Source: the human T2T-CHM13v2.0 reference genome, Homo sapiens
Assembly: GCF_009914755.1 (NCBI RefSeq)
Contig: NC_060932.1
Length of the DNA stretch: 64,000 nt
Reading direction: 5' to 3' (one strand)
Positions 1 to 14,424 of the stretch are shown here, piece after piece (position 1 is the stretch's first letter; each line of letters begins with the position of its first letter). The position numbers were made by a program, and so were the translations under genes. A model generated the notes under the pieces. It worked only from the letters and a program-made list of their open reading frames with translations, was not told the DNA's origin and made no database searches.

Positions 1-1375
1 GTTGTCTCTCTCTTTGTGTCCATGTGTTCTCATCATTTATCTCCCACTTGTAAGTTATGAAGTGCAGTATTTGGTTTTCTTTACCTATGTTACTTTGCTT
101 AGGATAATGGCATCCAGCTACATTCATGTTGCTGCAGAGAACATCATCTCATTCTTTTTTATTGCTGCTTAGTATTGTGTGGTGTATATGTACCACATTT
201 TCTTTATCCAGTCTACCATTGATGGGCATTTGCTATTGTGAATAGTGCTAAGATGAACAAACACATGCATATTTTTTATGGTAAGATGGTTTATATTCCT
301 TTGATTACATATTCCATAATTAGATTGTTTATCAAATGGTAATTCTGTTTCAAGTTCTTTGAGGAATCACCACACTGCTTTATACAATGGCTGAACTCAT
401 TGGCATTTCCACCAGCAGAGTATAAGCATTCTCTTTTCTCTGCAACCTCACCAACATTGGTTATTTTTGACTTTTTAATAATAGCCATTCTGACTGGTGT
501 GAGATGGTATCTCACTGTGGGTTTGATTTTCATTTCTCTAGTGATCAGTGACATTGGGCTTTTTTTCATATGCTTTTTGGCTACATGTATGTATTCTTTT
601 GAAAAGTGTCTGCTCGTGTTGTTTGCCCACTTTTTAATGGGTTGTTTTTGCTCCTTAATTTATTTAAGTTCTTTATAGATGCTGGGTATTAGACCTTTGA
701 CAGATGCATAGTTTACAAATATTTTCTCACAATCTGTAGGCTGTTTATTTACACTGTTGAGAGTTTCTTTTCCTCTATAAAAACTCTTTAGTTTAATTAG
801 GTCCCACTTGTCTGTTTTTGTTTTTGTTGCAATTGCTTTTGTCACCTTCATTATGAAATTTTTTGCCAGATCCTATATCCAGATTGGTATTTCCTAGGTT
901 ATCTTTCAGGGTTTTTATGGTTTTAGGTTTTACACTTTAATGCTTCTTGAGTTGACTATTGAATATGGAGAAAGGAAGGGGTCCAGTTTCAATCTTCTGC
1001 ATATGGCTCGCCAGTTATCTCAGTATCATTTATTGAATAGACATTCCTTTTTTCATTGCTTATTATTGTTGACTCTGTTGAAGATCAGATGATTGCAGGA
1101 GTGCGACATTATTTCTGGGCTCTTTATTTTCTTTCATTGGTCATTGTGTCTGTTTTTTTACCAGTATTATGTTGTTTTAGTTACAGTAGCTTTCTGGTAT
1201 AGTTTGAAGTTGGGTAATGTGATGCCTCCAGCTTCGTTCTCTTGCTTAGGATTCCTTGGTTATTTGGGCTCTGTTTTGGTTCCATATGAATTTTACAATC
1301 ATTTTTTTCTAATTCTGTGAAGAATATCATAGTTTAATAGGAATAACGTTGAATTTGTAAATTGCCTTTAGCGGT
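1..1375 (-). mobile_element. 5'-truncated L1 (L1PA13-16-like): ORF2 3' part and 3' UTR, continuing beyond the window start
   Basis: Minus-strand ORF2 C-terminal peptides ([23 protein letters not shown]; [19 protein letters not shown]) and typical L1 3' UTR antisense sequence at 1-300; broken by stops and frameshifts. Confidence 0.93.
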
Positions 1376-1399
1376 ATCACCTAAATGGTTAATATTTTC

Positions 1400-2225
1400 A
1401 ATGAGTACTTTACAAAAAAAGGATATTCAAAACATCAAACAAGAAATGTAGACAACATCAATAGTTATCAAAGACATTAAAACTGCAATGTTATAGCAAT
1501 AACGATCCACTAAAATAGCTGAAATTTAAAAAGCTGACAATACCAAGCACGGTGAGAATGTGAAGCAACTGAAAACATCATACACTGATAATGGGAATGT
1601 AAAATGATGCATCACACACAGCCATTCTAGAAAACTATTTGTTATTATGCAACAGATTGAATATTTAATAGCCAAGTAATTTCCCTTTCAAGTATATACC
1701 CAACTGAACTGAGTACATGTGTGGACAAAAAGCATACACAAGAATATTTATAGCAGCATTGTTTTTAATAGTCTAAAACTATAAAGAAGCCAATTGTTCA
1801 TTTATAGTAAAATAGATAAATAATGGATGTGATGTGCGTAAGATGGAATACCATATAACTGAATATCTTCAAGCTATTACCAGATATAATAAATAACACT
1901 GGTCAATCTCACAAATATAATTCTGTGTGAAATAATTCAGACACAAATGAAAATATAGTGTATGATTCCATTTACATGAAAACTAAAAACTTGAAAAATT
2001 AATATATAGCATTAGAAATCAAGAGAGGGTTTACCTCTGGGGACAAGGAAGAGGTAGCTATTAGGATAAGCCATGAAGGAGGCTGCTAGGGTGCTGAATA
2101 ATGGTCTATTGTTTGGCCATTGTCGTATGGTATGTTCATTGTGTGAGAATTTGTTGACTGTACTTGTAGGTACGTGCTTCTTTCTCTATGTATATTATAC
2201 TTCTATAAAAATGTTTATTTTAAAA
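1400..2225 (+). mobile_element. Old L1M (L1MC/MD/ME-type) ORF2 end and 3' UTR
   Basis: Degenerate motifs 'gctgacaataccaagcacggtgagaatgtgaagcaactgaaa...tacactgataatgggaatgtaaaatg' and the terminal 'tatattatacttctataaaaatgttt'. Confidence 0.8.
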
Positions 2226-2299
2226 CATGTCAGAGGCACTTGAAAAAAATACAGACTAGATAGAAAAATGTGATTCCTGAGACTGGAAACTGAAAATTT

Positions 2300-3010
2300 A
2301 AACAGCTGACTATTCCCACTTAAAGAGAGAAACTTAGAACCAGAGAACAGATAAGAAGATGTGTGGTACAGTCAGACAAACAGATGCAAAAAGTCAGTTT
2401 GGTAAAAAACAAAACTGTAAAAAGAGGAAATCTGCTTATCTTTATGGATCACAGAGGGAGAAAACAGAGATTGGAAGAGAAAAATATTCCAAGAAACAAC
2501 AGTTGAGAGTTTTCCAAAATGGATGAAAATACAATGCTCAGATTCAGACAGCACAACAAATCTCATGCATTATAAATAAAAAGAAATCCTTATCTGCAGA
2601 CATCATAGTCAAATTGCAGAACATCAGAAATAGAGACAATCTTTAAAGGCATGCAGAAAAGAGAGACAAATTGCTCACAGAGTAGGGACATCAAATTGAG
2701 AGTAACAACAAACATCAGAACAGAGTTAAATAATATCTTTAAAAGAGGAGCAAAATAGCTGTCTAATGAAAATTCTACACCAAATGAAAACTATCTTTCA
2801 AAAATTAGTTTAAGAAAAAATATAGAAGGGACTGGCTGACAGCACCTTAATCTATAATCAATCTTAGCACCAGTATGGTACAGCTATTAGACGTTATGTG
2901 TTTCCTGAAATGAAGAATGATAAACTATACAATATAACCTATAATGTATTCAGAATTGAATTTATCAAGGCTTTATTTCTAAAAGTGTATAGAAAATAAT
3001 GGAGAGTAAA
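2300..3010 (+). mobile_element. Old L1M ORF1-region fragment followed by an L1MC-type 3' UTR fragment
   Basis: 'gagagttttccaaaat...cagattcagacagcacaacaaatc...agacatcatagtcaaattgcagaacatcagaaatagagacaatcttt' resembles degenerate L1 ORF1. Confidence 0.6.
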
Positions 3011-3947
3011 GAATAAAGCAAATAATACCAAATAATATTAATAATAAATAATAGTTTATATATTTACATATTTATTATATTTCAAAGTTATTTTATTTCT
3101 GAATTAGAAAAAGTAGTCCTTTTTTCCCCTGATTCCATAAAATCATAAATATCATATTCACTTAGGAAAAAATTTCAGAAATAAAGAATAAAATTTCAGG
3201 TACCAACTAATTTGCAGTGACACTCACTTTTGTACATAGCTAAATTGAGTTGTTGTTATTACACAGATGAGTTTCTATTTTTAGAGAGCTGGTGTATCAA
3301 GCTTGTGCCTTAAGTAAATGTGTGGTACTAAGTAAAATTTGGTGCCTAGAGCAGGTGCAGGCTGTCTCATAGTTAGAGACACAGAGACAAGTATATTCTC
3401 TGTGTCCTGAAATGAAGGCCTAAGAAATGTATGGAACTAACCTTCTAAAGAAACACACACCAGGATAAGATGTACTAAATGGAAGCGAGGCAAGACAATG
3501 GTAGATTATGTCCAAGTCTGGGTTAGATGGGAGTTATCTCCTTGGTAAGATTATCCAATTGAATAGAAGAAAGTAGGTATTGTTTGATTGAACCATGGGC
3601 ATTTTTGAGAGACTCAGAATTTCCTAAGGCTATATCTCAAGCTCTGAAAGACTTTCAGACAAAAAGTAGATGGATGTGTGAGAAAAACTAATATCTGGTC
3701 TAGAGGACAAAGAAAAGGTAAAGAAGGCACTTAAATGCAGCAAATAGTACTAACCCCTGTGGAGGAAAAAGGATAATTAATTTAAGAATTTTGTTAATTC
3801 TTAGAAATGCAGCTAAGCCCTCCTGAAATGACATTTAGAATAGCACAGGTAAATAAAATACCAGAGGCACTGCTCACTTGAGCAAAAAAGGATTCATATA
3901 GTACCCTGTGGCTGGAGGCTTAGTGGAGCACATTGAAAAGGAGATCA

Positions 3948-5628
3948 GGCTATAGGAGCTCTTTTTTGGTTCCATATGAATTTTAAAATAGTTTCTTCTA
4001 ATTCTGTCAGGAATGTCAATGATAGTTTAATAAGAATTGCATTGAATATACAAATTACTTTGGGCACTATGGCCATTTTCACAATATTGATTCCTCCTGT
4101 CCATAAGCATGGAATGTTTTTCCATTTGTTTGTGTCCTCTCTGATTTCCTTGAGTAGTGGTTTGTAGTTCTCAAGACAATCCTAAGCAAAAAGAACAAAG
4201 CTGGAGTCATTACTCTTTTGAACTTCAAACTATACTACAAGGCTAAAATAACCAACACAGCATGGTACTAGTACAGAAACAGACTCATAAACCAATGGAA
4301 CAGAATAGAGAACTCAGAAATAAGACTGCACATCTACAATCATATGATCTTTGACAAATCTGACAAAAACAAGCAATGGAGAAAGGATTCCCTATTTAAT
4401 AAATGGTGCTGGGAGAACTGGCTAGCCATATGCAGAAAATTGAAACTGGACCCCTTTCTTAAACATAACTCAAGATGGATTAAAGACTTAAATGTAAAAC
4501 CCAAAACTATAAAAACCCTAGAAGAAAATCTAGGCAATACCATTCAGGACATAGGCATTGGCAAACATTTCTTGAAGAAATCGCCAAAAACAATTGCAAC
4601 AAGGATCTAATCAAACTAAAGAGCTTCTGCACAGCAAAAGAAACTATCATCAGAGCAAACAGGCAACCTACAGATTGGGAGAAAATTTTTGCAATCTTTC
4701 TATCTGACACAGGTCTAATATCCAGAATTTACAAGGAACTTAAACCAATTTACAAGATAAAAACAAACAACCCCATTAAAAAGTGGGCAAAGGACACAAA
4801 CAGACACTTCTCAAAAGAAGACATTCAAGTGGCTAACAAACATATGAAAAAAAGCTCAACATAACTGATCATTAGAGTAATGCAAGTAAATATTACAATG
4901 AGATACCATCTAATGCCAGTCAAAATGGTGATTATTAAAAAGTCAAGAAACAACAGATGCTAGCCAGGTTGCCGAGAAATAGGAATGTTTTTACACTGTT
5001 GAGGGGAATGTAAATTAGCTCAATCATTATGGAAGATGATGTGGCAATTCCTCAAAGAGGTAGAACCAGAAATACCATTTAACCCGGCAATCCCATTACT
5101 GAGTATATATCCAAAGGAATATAAACCATAGTATTACAAAGACACATGTATGTGTATGTTCATTGAAGCACTATTTACAATATCAAAGACATGGAATCAA
5201 TCCAAATGCCCATCAATGATAGACTGGATAAAGAAAAGTGGTACATATAAATCATGGAATACTATGCAACCATAAAAAGGAATAAGAGCATGTCTTTGCA
5301 GAGACATGGTTGAAGATGGAAGCCATTATCCTCAGCAAATTAACACAGGAACAGAAAACCAAACACTGCATTCTCACTTATAAGTGAAAGCTGAACAATG
5401 AGAACACATGGACACGAGGGGAACAACACACACTGGGGCCTGTTGGGAGGTGGTGTTGCAAAAGGGAGAGCATCAGGAAAAATAGCTAATGCATGCTGGG
5501 CTTCATACCTAGGTGATAGGTTGATAGGTGCAGCAAACCACCATGGCACACATTTACCTGTGTAACAAACCTGCACATCCTGCACTTCTACCCTGGAAAT
5601 TAGAAATAAAATTAAAATTAAAAGAAAA
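3948..5628 (+). mobile_element. L1PA10/11-like element with 5' inversion (3948-4172 antisense, 4172-5628 sense)
   Basis: ORF2 peptide [32 protein letters not shown]; 3' UTR 'gggagagcatcaggaaaaatagctaatgcatgctggg'; A-rich tail; degenerate TSD tgaaaaggagatca (3934-3947) / tgaaaaagggatca (5629-5642). Confidence 0.92.
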
Positions 5629-6239
5629 TGAAAAAGGGATCAATGCTTACCAGGCACCTCAGGGTCCAACCTTTGGAAGCGTCACAGCAGCTTTGCACAG
5701 GGTGACTGCTTGGCTGAAGCTAAAAGGGAATGTGAGAGAAAACTTTCCCAGGAGGAAAATTTCACAGGTACAGAAAATTCTATAGCAAGGGCAATAGAAA
5801 CAATTTCTGTCACAGGGCTAAAAATGTCTGCTCACCAGAAATAGTGAAAGCTATGTCACTAGCCAGTAGCCCACCTATATATAATCTGAGGGAACCAGAA
5901 ATATGGGACACAAAGAGAAAGTAGCAAGGAGGATGCTTTGAATACACTAGAAGGAAAATAAAGAAACTTTGTATTAGACTAGGGTTGACATGACTGCAAG
6001 TTTCTTAAATGGGCAATGAAGCTTCTTTAAGCCCCAATTCTTAAATGCATTATCTGTGAAATGAGAGAAGATGAATGCCTGTCTTTGCTCCTCACATTGG
6101 TAAATGTGTATTTTCAAAAGTAATATTTTGCTGAGTGATTTCTCTAAGTTTATGCATCCAAAATTAACTGACTTGTGTAGTTTACACTTTAATAGCATTA
6201 AAGGTCTTCTAAAACTTTAGTATTTAGTTCCTTAAATTC

Positions 6240-6585
6240 TTCTCCTTAAATAATCTTGAACCCCACTGTATTTCATTCTGTCACTCTCAGAGCCATCACA
6301 TGAATCATGTAATCACTAATAACTTGAATTCTTTTCTATTACTAATTTTATCAATTTTCTTTTCTTACCACCACTTTCATTCTATGTTACCCAGCTTAAT
6401 TCCAATGTTTTAGCCTCATAATCATTCCTTGGCCTTTGCCCTCAGCTCCCTTATCCTGATTTTACTTACTTGTACTTCCTTGGCAAAATCACAATCCTGG
6501 GTATGACTAAATCCCTCTCCAATTTGCTACTGCACCTATGCAGCTAAACATAACCAGAGTAAAGACACAGTCATCTTGACTAACC
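6240..6585 (+). mobile_element. L2 ORF2 fragment
   Basis: Pyrimidine-rich degenerate L2 motifs such as 'ggcaaaatcacaatcctgg' and 'tgcacctatgcagctaaaca'. Confidence 0.55.
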
Positions 6586-6591
6586 TCCTCT

Positions 6592-6700
6592 GAAATTTAT
6601 AAATTTTAGAATATAAAGTGCATAATATTTATAATTATACCAGGAAAATTGGTGTAAATTAAGACTGTCTCTGGAAAAACCATGGTATATGGTCACCCTA
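6592..6700 (-). mobile_element. MER94/MER81-like hAT-Blackjack MITE fragment
   Basis: Ends in the 'tatatggtcacccta' terminal inverted repeat; internal 'ataattataccagg...ggtgtaaatt..gactgtc'. Confidence 0.65.
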
Positions 6701-6719
6701 ACTTTCAACAAACAAACAA

Positions 6720-7760
6720 AAAACCATAATGATACATACATATTCTAGAATATCAAGAGACTCTTGAAGTAACAAAAATAAAGACAAAATTGGATAAATT
6801 TAAGATACTTCTTCATCAAAAGACACCAATAAATGCAAATTGTGGAGTTGGAAAATATGTTTGCAACATTTTGAATGAATAATTTTTTTCTGTCCAGAAT
6901 ATATTAGAACTCCTACAGATTAAAAAGTAAAAAACAGGTTTTCTAATATTAAAATGGGCATGAAACCTCAAAGTAATTCACAAAAGCATATACTGATAGA
7001 AAGTAAAAATATACAATATTGTTAAACTTCATGTAAAAAACATGCACATGTTTCTCTTCAATCAAAGATAAAAGTTGAAATTTTTTAAAATTTGTTTAAC
7101 TTCATTGGAAAATAATAAGGAAATTCTAATTAAGCCTACAATAATATGCCTCCGTCAACAACAAAATAAGCTTAAAAATTAAAAGACAGATAACATCAAG
7201 TGTTGGTGAAGATGTGGAGCTTGAGAACTCTCATTTATTTCTGGTCAAAGTGTGAATTGAAACAACCACTTTAGGGAATGATTCACCATTATCTTCAATT
7301 ATGGTATCTTCAATTTAGCAAGTGTCACATATCCTATGAACAACACATGCCATGAACAGTAGAATGAATAGATAAATTGTGCTATATTTTAAAATGCATA
7401 AAATACAACTTATGCAGTACAATGAATTAATCTCACACACATAATATTGAACAGAAATCAGAAAGAGAACATATAATATATGATTCTACTTGGCTGATGG
7501 CAGAAATATACCATGGTATTATAAAACATAATAAGTGGATAAAGGAGAGTAAGGAATTGATTAGAAAAAAAGTTCTAGATTGTAGAAAGGAAGGAGGAGT
7601 TGGTGATTGCAAATGTTTTTTAATAGGTTAGGGATGCTGGCAATATTCTATGTCTTGATGTGGGAAGTGGTTATAATAGTGACTCATTAAGTTATGAATT
7701 TTTGGTTTGTGCATCTGATGAATCTGTGTTATATGTCAAAATAAAAATTTATTTTTAAAA
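6720..7760 (+). mobile_element. Old L1ME-type ORF2 end and 3' UTR
   Basis: 'aaagacagataacatcaagtgttggtgaagatgtggagc...gaactctcat' and 3' UTR 'gggatgctggcaatattctatgtcttgat'. Confidence 0.8.
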
Positions 7761-9174
7761 GTTTGTATTACTTTTTAGGGGCATGCCTTTAATATTAATC
7801 AATTTTCATTATATATACATGCAATTCTTTAAGCAATTACTTAGAAAAGTACAAAATCATGAGTTTACTTATTTTCTAATCTTGAAAAATGAAATCAAAT
7901 TGTCATAATGTGGACCACAACATCTTTTAAGATTTTTTTTGGTGATGCAATTTTCTCTTACATCAAAGAAGCAGGTTTGTGTTTTTAGAATGATACAGGG
8001 CAATACAGAGATAGAGTGAAGGACTATACCTAGACCTGCTCCAAGATGTTCTATTCTTTTTCACTTTTAGTCACCCAATTCTCTAAATAGTTGGAAGAAA
8101 TAAAAACCTCAAGATCTTCACCTAAAACTCTCATCAAAATGTCATTACCATCTACTATTTTTTTAAGCAGACTCCTCCTGTGTAATCGATGACAAACAAT
8201 GATAGCATCTAATTGGAGATTATTCGTAGGTAAAATGTATTTAGCTGCAAATGATTAGGAAAAAATGAGATCACATATCTATCCACAACTCTCCTTACAG
8301 GATAACAGGAGTGATAAGAAAGCAAATAGAAAGGCAGCTAACAGTAGGCTAAGAAGCATTTATAGGTTCTCGAGAACTTTGTTTACTGAGTTATAGTAAT
8401 CCATAAATAGTTATACAATTGTTTGTTTACTTTGTTCTATTAGAAATATTTGCTCTTATTTTGGTCATGAATAATAAAGCCCTGAAAATTACTCATTTGG
8501 CATTTTGGATTGCAATGACTCTCAGAAGAAGTAACAAATATGACTTCAATCAAGTTTAAAGGAAAACAAAAAAACTAGATCTGAGTATTCACTTTTATTA
8601 AAAAGGCAGAAAGAATTAAGTACCAGTATATGAATAGTCCAAGTGAATATGGTATAAGTTGTAAACATTTCTGAAAAGTTTTTATTAAGTCTTTTTTTCC
8701 TACATGGAAAACATTGATATTCAAAATACTGAATTACATTCAAAGCTCCTTGGTAGTTTTGGAGCATTTTTGCCATGTGCAAATTGGGGCATTGTTTATT
8801 CCAATTTGCACATGGCAAAAATGCCTGCATGAAGAGATTTAAGCCTTATAATAGACATAAAATCACAGATAGAAGCAGGAATTATATTCTAGTTAGCAAA
8901 AATATTTATTAATTGACCTCTTGATTATGCTGGGTTTCTCTTGAACTTGAATATGGTGAATCTTGAGTGCCTTTTTGAACCTAAATCTTAAGAGAGAAGT
9001 TATATTTCTTACTGTGACTTAGACATACGCTTTGTTTTTCTATTTATTTAAGCAACATGTGACACTAACAATATAGTGTAAGAAGTTCTCTCCATATAGA
9101 AGGGTTATTGAACATTTTTCTATTCTGTTGACTCTCAAGCACGTATTACAACCCCGTCTAAGATGGTTCTCTAA

Positions 9175-9569
<395 letters not shown>

Positions 9570-10060
9570 TAGTGCCAGTCTTCACATTACTGAGAGATGT
9601 GGTAAGTTGGTAGAAATCAGATAACAGTTTTTGCAATATAAAATGTCACATTTCAGTTACATATCTTACCCGATAATTTTCATATAGTTCTATTTGTTTA
9701 CAATCAGACAACCTAAAAGAAGGCTTTATATCAAAGAATGAAGTAAAATAAAAATTATAAAAATTATATATATAGTTTATTTTGTATATATATATATGTA
9801 TATCTCCAAACAGCTGAGGTGACAGTAACAGTAAAATAGAATCAAACAAAGCAGAAGTTACACACAATTTTTTAGCAAATATCTCATCATTTACTGACCA
9901 AGACTAAACATATACATGTGCATGCAAATACACACACACACGAGTTGAAAAAAGCAACATTTGTACACTTGAAATGCCAATTTTACCTCATCTTTTCTGA
10001 GTTACTCCCTTTCCTACCTTGAATATATAATACCTATTTCCTGGAGTAGAGAGAATAAGA

Positions 10061-10188
10061 TTTTGCTTTACAAAAATATTTGCTTTATAAAAATATTGCT
10101 TTTTTTGGCTTGTGAAAATTTTTTTGCTTTATAAATATATTTGCTTTATAAAAATATTGCTTTATTTTATTTGGTTTGTGAAATTTTT
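10061..10188. repeat. Two-level AT-rich tandem repeat (~62-bp unit x2, each built from tgctttataaaaatat sub-repeats)
   Basis: Direct inspection of repeated 'ttgctttataaaaatattgcttt...ttggyttgtgaaa'. Confidence 0.8.
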
Positions 10189-10779
10189 AGCTGCTCAGAA
10201 CAAACAATGTCTCGTTTTGTGAACGAGGCTTCATTTAAGCACATCAAATTTCCATTCATTTTAATGTAATTTAGTACATGTGTTAATTCACCATATATTT
10301 ATTGAGGCCAACTAAATGCCAATTTTGAACAAGACTGGGAATGCAAAGATGTCCATGAGATAACTCTTGACCTTGAGGGGCATGTTGTTTAAGATGCAAG
10401 TAACAAAACGCCAACTAGGACAGCCTTAAATGAAAATATCATTGATTATTTTACAAAACTAAGATCATCAATATACCTGCATCTGTACCTGCATTTCCTG
10501 TTTTCTTGAATCTTACTGTGCATAAACTGCCTATTATCCTTTATAATGTCTTCCATCAAGATACTGATTATTATCTGTTGTTTATTTCTTAAATTGGTTC
10601 ATCCCCTATATTTTTAATTATTCTTTCTCTAGGATCAACTCTCAACAGTATTCACATATGCTGTATCTATCATTCACTGTCTCAAACATACATTTTTATT
10701 TTTCCCATACCACCCTCGGGCTTCTTCCCATTCATTATCCTACTGTTGTAACAGATTTTAAGATGTTGTCTATAGTCTC

Positions 10780-11670
10780 TGTATAGTTTCTCTTTTCTCC
10801 CACTATCTCTTAGGAACATAACCCAGTCAAAATTTTGCCCCCGCCACTCAACTGAAACTGTTTTGGTGATGGTCACTGATAACCTTCACAATGACGAAGC
10901 TAATGGTTCCAGGTCCTCAATTTGTTCAATAAATTAGCAATACTTGAGCCAACTAATTACTCTTTCATTCTTTAAGTACTTTTTTTTTATCTTAGCTTCT
11001 GAGTCATCATCTTTCTCTTTTGTTTTCTAACTCACTGCTCACTCCTTCCCAGCCTCCTTTGCTGTTCTTCCCCATCTTTCTCAACACTGCAAGCAATGCT
11101 GTCCCCCAGGATCAGGCCTCGGGAATATTTTTGTTTTTTTCTTTAGCCAGTACACACTTTTACAGTGACATCATGCGACCACAGGATAATAAACAACACT
11201 TTCACATTGGCTACTCTCAAATTTATAGCTCTGACCTGAATGTCCTCCCTATACTTCAGACTCAGATATGTAACTTCCTACATGAAATTTCTACTGGGAT
11301 TTTTGTTAAATGTCTTCAAATCTATTTAACACACCTAAACCATCAAAAGTTACTCCTCCCACAGTCCTTTCCACATCAATTAACAGCATTTTAAATCTGG
11401 ATGTTCGGGACAAAAATCTTCATTCTCTGAAACTGACATCCAGTCCAGCAAACCTCATGTGCTTTTCGTGAAAATACATTCCAATATTACACTTCTTAGT
11501 TCCTCCATTGTTGCTCCCTGTCCCAAGTAGAAGCCAGCAACAGCTGTCACCTGAACTACTTCAATAGCCTTCCAACTAGTCTCCACGCTCTGTACTTGTT
11601 CCCTACAATTTGTTCTACTGATTTTAGTCACAATGATTCCAATAAACCTCAGTTAATTTGTGTCACTTTT
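10780..11670 (+). mobile_element. L2 ORF2 (RT and downstream) fragment
   Basis: 'ccactcaactgaaactgttttggtgatggtcactgataaccttcac', 'cacctgaactacttcaatagccttccaactagtctcc'. Confidence 0.85.
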
Positions 11671-14424
11671 TGTTGGTCATAAATGCAATTTTTATATCGT
11701 TTGATTTTACTTTTATGCAAGTATTTTGACTTGTGCAACAGATTGAATGAGGGGTCTTAGATCCTAATAAATATGATGAAAGCTTTAATTTTCCGAAGAA
11801 GTGCTACCATAATTTCTATGTCCGCCTCCTATTTCTCACTAGATAGCTGATTCTGTTGATACACGTTAAGCCTATTCCATAATATTTCTGACATTCTCTC
11901 ATTTTCATTTTTTAGATAGTCTTATTAACATTCTTAATATTTGTACTAGTAACTTTAAAACATTTTCATATTTCATTCTTTCTTCTACTTCTCATGGAAA
12001 ACAGGCTTGAAGTTGTAGTGACCTCTGGTAGAACCTGCCCGGTCACTGTCACCCCTCCGTCTTTACTGCAATGGTGTTACAGGAGATAGAAATACAGAAA
12101 AAACAAACAAACATGTTTCTTAGTGAGCTACCCCATGGCTATGTGGCCATCCTTTGCTTACTTGGCTATCTTTCATTTACTCTTTCATCTGAATGATCCT
12201 ATATATAACAATGGAGAAACAATGTTCTGCTCCTTGGGTGATAGTAATTAATCTGTCAAACACTGACTTTTCTCATTTTTGCTATGTTAAATGATCACAG
12301 TGCTGGTTCTCTCAAGGAAGACATTTATTGTTTCTTCACGGGTCCCTAAGGGGACCTCCCCTGACCCATCCCTGTAGTGAGATCCTCCACCTCTTTCTTT
12401 TCTCCATTAGTCTTCACCATGCATGATGCCACCAATAGCCTTTTAGGTATGGTATTTCTTTATTCAAAATACTTCTTTAGGGTATTTACATGACACTTTA
12501 AGTCTTTAAAACCTTCCTTTATGTCATTGCAGCTCATGGGAACTATATACTATGCCTTCCCAGATGATAGAATTATAAGCTATTTATGCCCCACACCCAA
12601 AACTAGCATTCTTTGTTTTCCTTACCCTTTTCTTTACATCTCAACAACAGCAATCGCTCTGATGATTCAGTGGGTCCATAGCATTCAAGCAACAGATGAC
12701 CATGCACTCTGATTTTGTACTGGTGAAAGGGGAAGGTTCAACTTAACCTACAATATAGTAATGGGCAAGTTTGGGGCTGGGGAGAAGATAAGTTGAATAT
12801 CCTTCTACCCAATGAGTAGAGTAGAAAAAGAGCAATTCCCTGCTAGTTCCCAGTCCTTCTATAGACTAGCTTTCTCTTTCTTTATATGCCATGATAGAAA
12901 AGACAGGAAAATCATTCAGTTGGTTTTTTACTTCTAGAGACACAGAAATTTCAGACCAATAAATAAGCAGTCTAAACTCAAATACACTTCGAAGAATTTA
13001 ATAATTTCAGTATAAAAAGTTTTCACTTTTGCAGTAACACATGCACGATTTGATAACTTCACTTAACAGGAAGAGGTTTTTAATAGAATGTTACATTATC
13101 TATGACTTATATTTATAACTTAGTTAGCTTCCAAGACCATAATTCTTATACTCTTCAACTGTTATTAAAGAAATATCTATATAGGAAATATCTCTATAAT
13201 AGTAAGTACCAGTGAACTCTTAGAAAATATTTTAAGATTTACTCTGTAATGTGAAATAAAAATGAGAAATTGTATTATAGTTCAAATATTTTCCTCATCA
13301 TTTCTTGAATCTGTATTGTATTGATTCACTTAGTATGATTAACATAACCAGGCAATTTACAACAAAAAGAGCTAGCAGCCTCCAGATTTGTCAATGGAAA
13401 AGAGAACATATATTATTTAGCAGATAAATCTGTTTATCAATTAAAATGTGACTTTAAGGAAAAAAATCTGAGAAGTTGGGAAAAAAACTATAGTATTCAA
13501 AATTCAAGTGACTTGTGGAAAACTAAGGAAATGATATGTTTAAAAAATTGATGTACTTTTCTTTAAAAGTTAAGTATTGTTTACACATAACTTATAAATG
13601 TTTGTCTTTCATATACTGAATTTGTGCTTGATTCACCACTCACAATGTATTATCAACAATGTTTTTTCACCATCTTAACACAAATGCTGATCCTTACCTC
13701 ATCAGATATTTGGGATATCAGACAAATTAAATGAAAATGAAAATCGGAAATATATTTCATGTTTTATACCTTTAGTTGTGACACATCTTTTCATCAAACA
13801 GAATACATTAAGATGCTTTGGTTAAGAGCTGCATCAGATAGACCACTTCAAATGTAAGAGCCTGTATCCAACTATCTACGAGGCATAATGTCTATAATGT
13901 TCATTACTTGTGTGTTTGTCCTTCTGCTAACCAATGACTTTTCCACTTTGAATCCGTGAACCAGCTCCTAGAAGAGTGACCTGTAGAAGATTAAAATGTA
14001 ATAGATTAAGAAAAATTAAGTTAAAAATTACAGCAATAAAGTATGTAGATTTTAAAAGTCAGATATTGTTGGATATAAACACATCTCTATTTTAAATTGT
14101 CCTTTTTTGTTCACATTCTATTACCAATTTATACAACTAGAAAACAAACATGGACAAGAGACCTAAACTAAAAATCCATATTGAAAAGTGCTTCTCTTTA
14201 TAATTTGCAACTCTAGAACAAAACGTTACTAACAAGAACTCTCCCTGATGACTTCTAGCTGGTGATTTGCCCAGAAACGATTTAAATAGCTTGTCTGTGG
14301 AGCCAATAGTGTTGTCGTTACAATAAGATACCTTGCACATCTTTGAAAAACCTATATGCAACAATAAACTCTGAAGCTGAGAAGACTATTCACACTTTCC
14401 TGGCATTGGAGCAAGTAAGATGAC

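Noticed and set aside
11020-11394. 124-aa ORF
   Set aside because: Lies in degenerate L2 ORF2 sequence.
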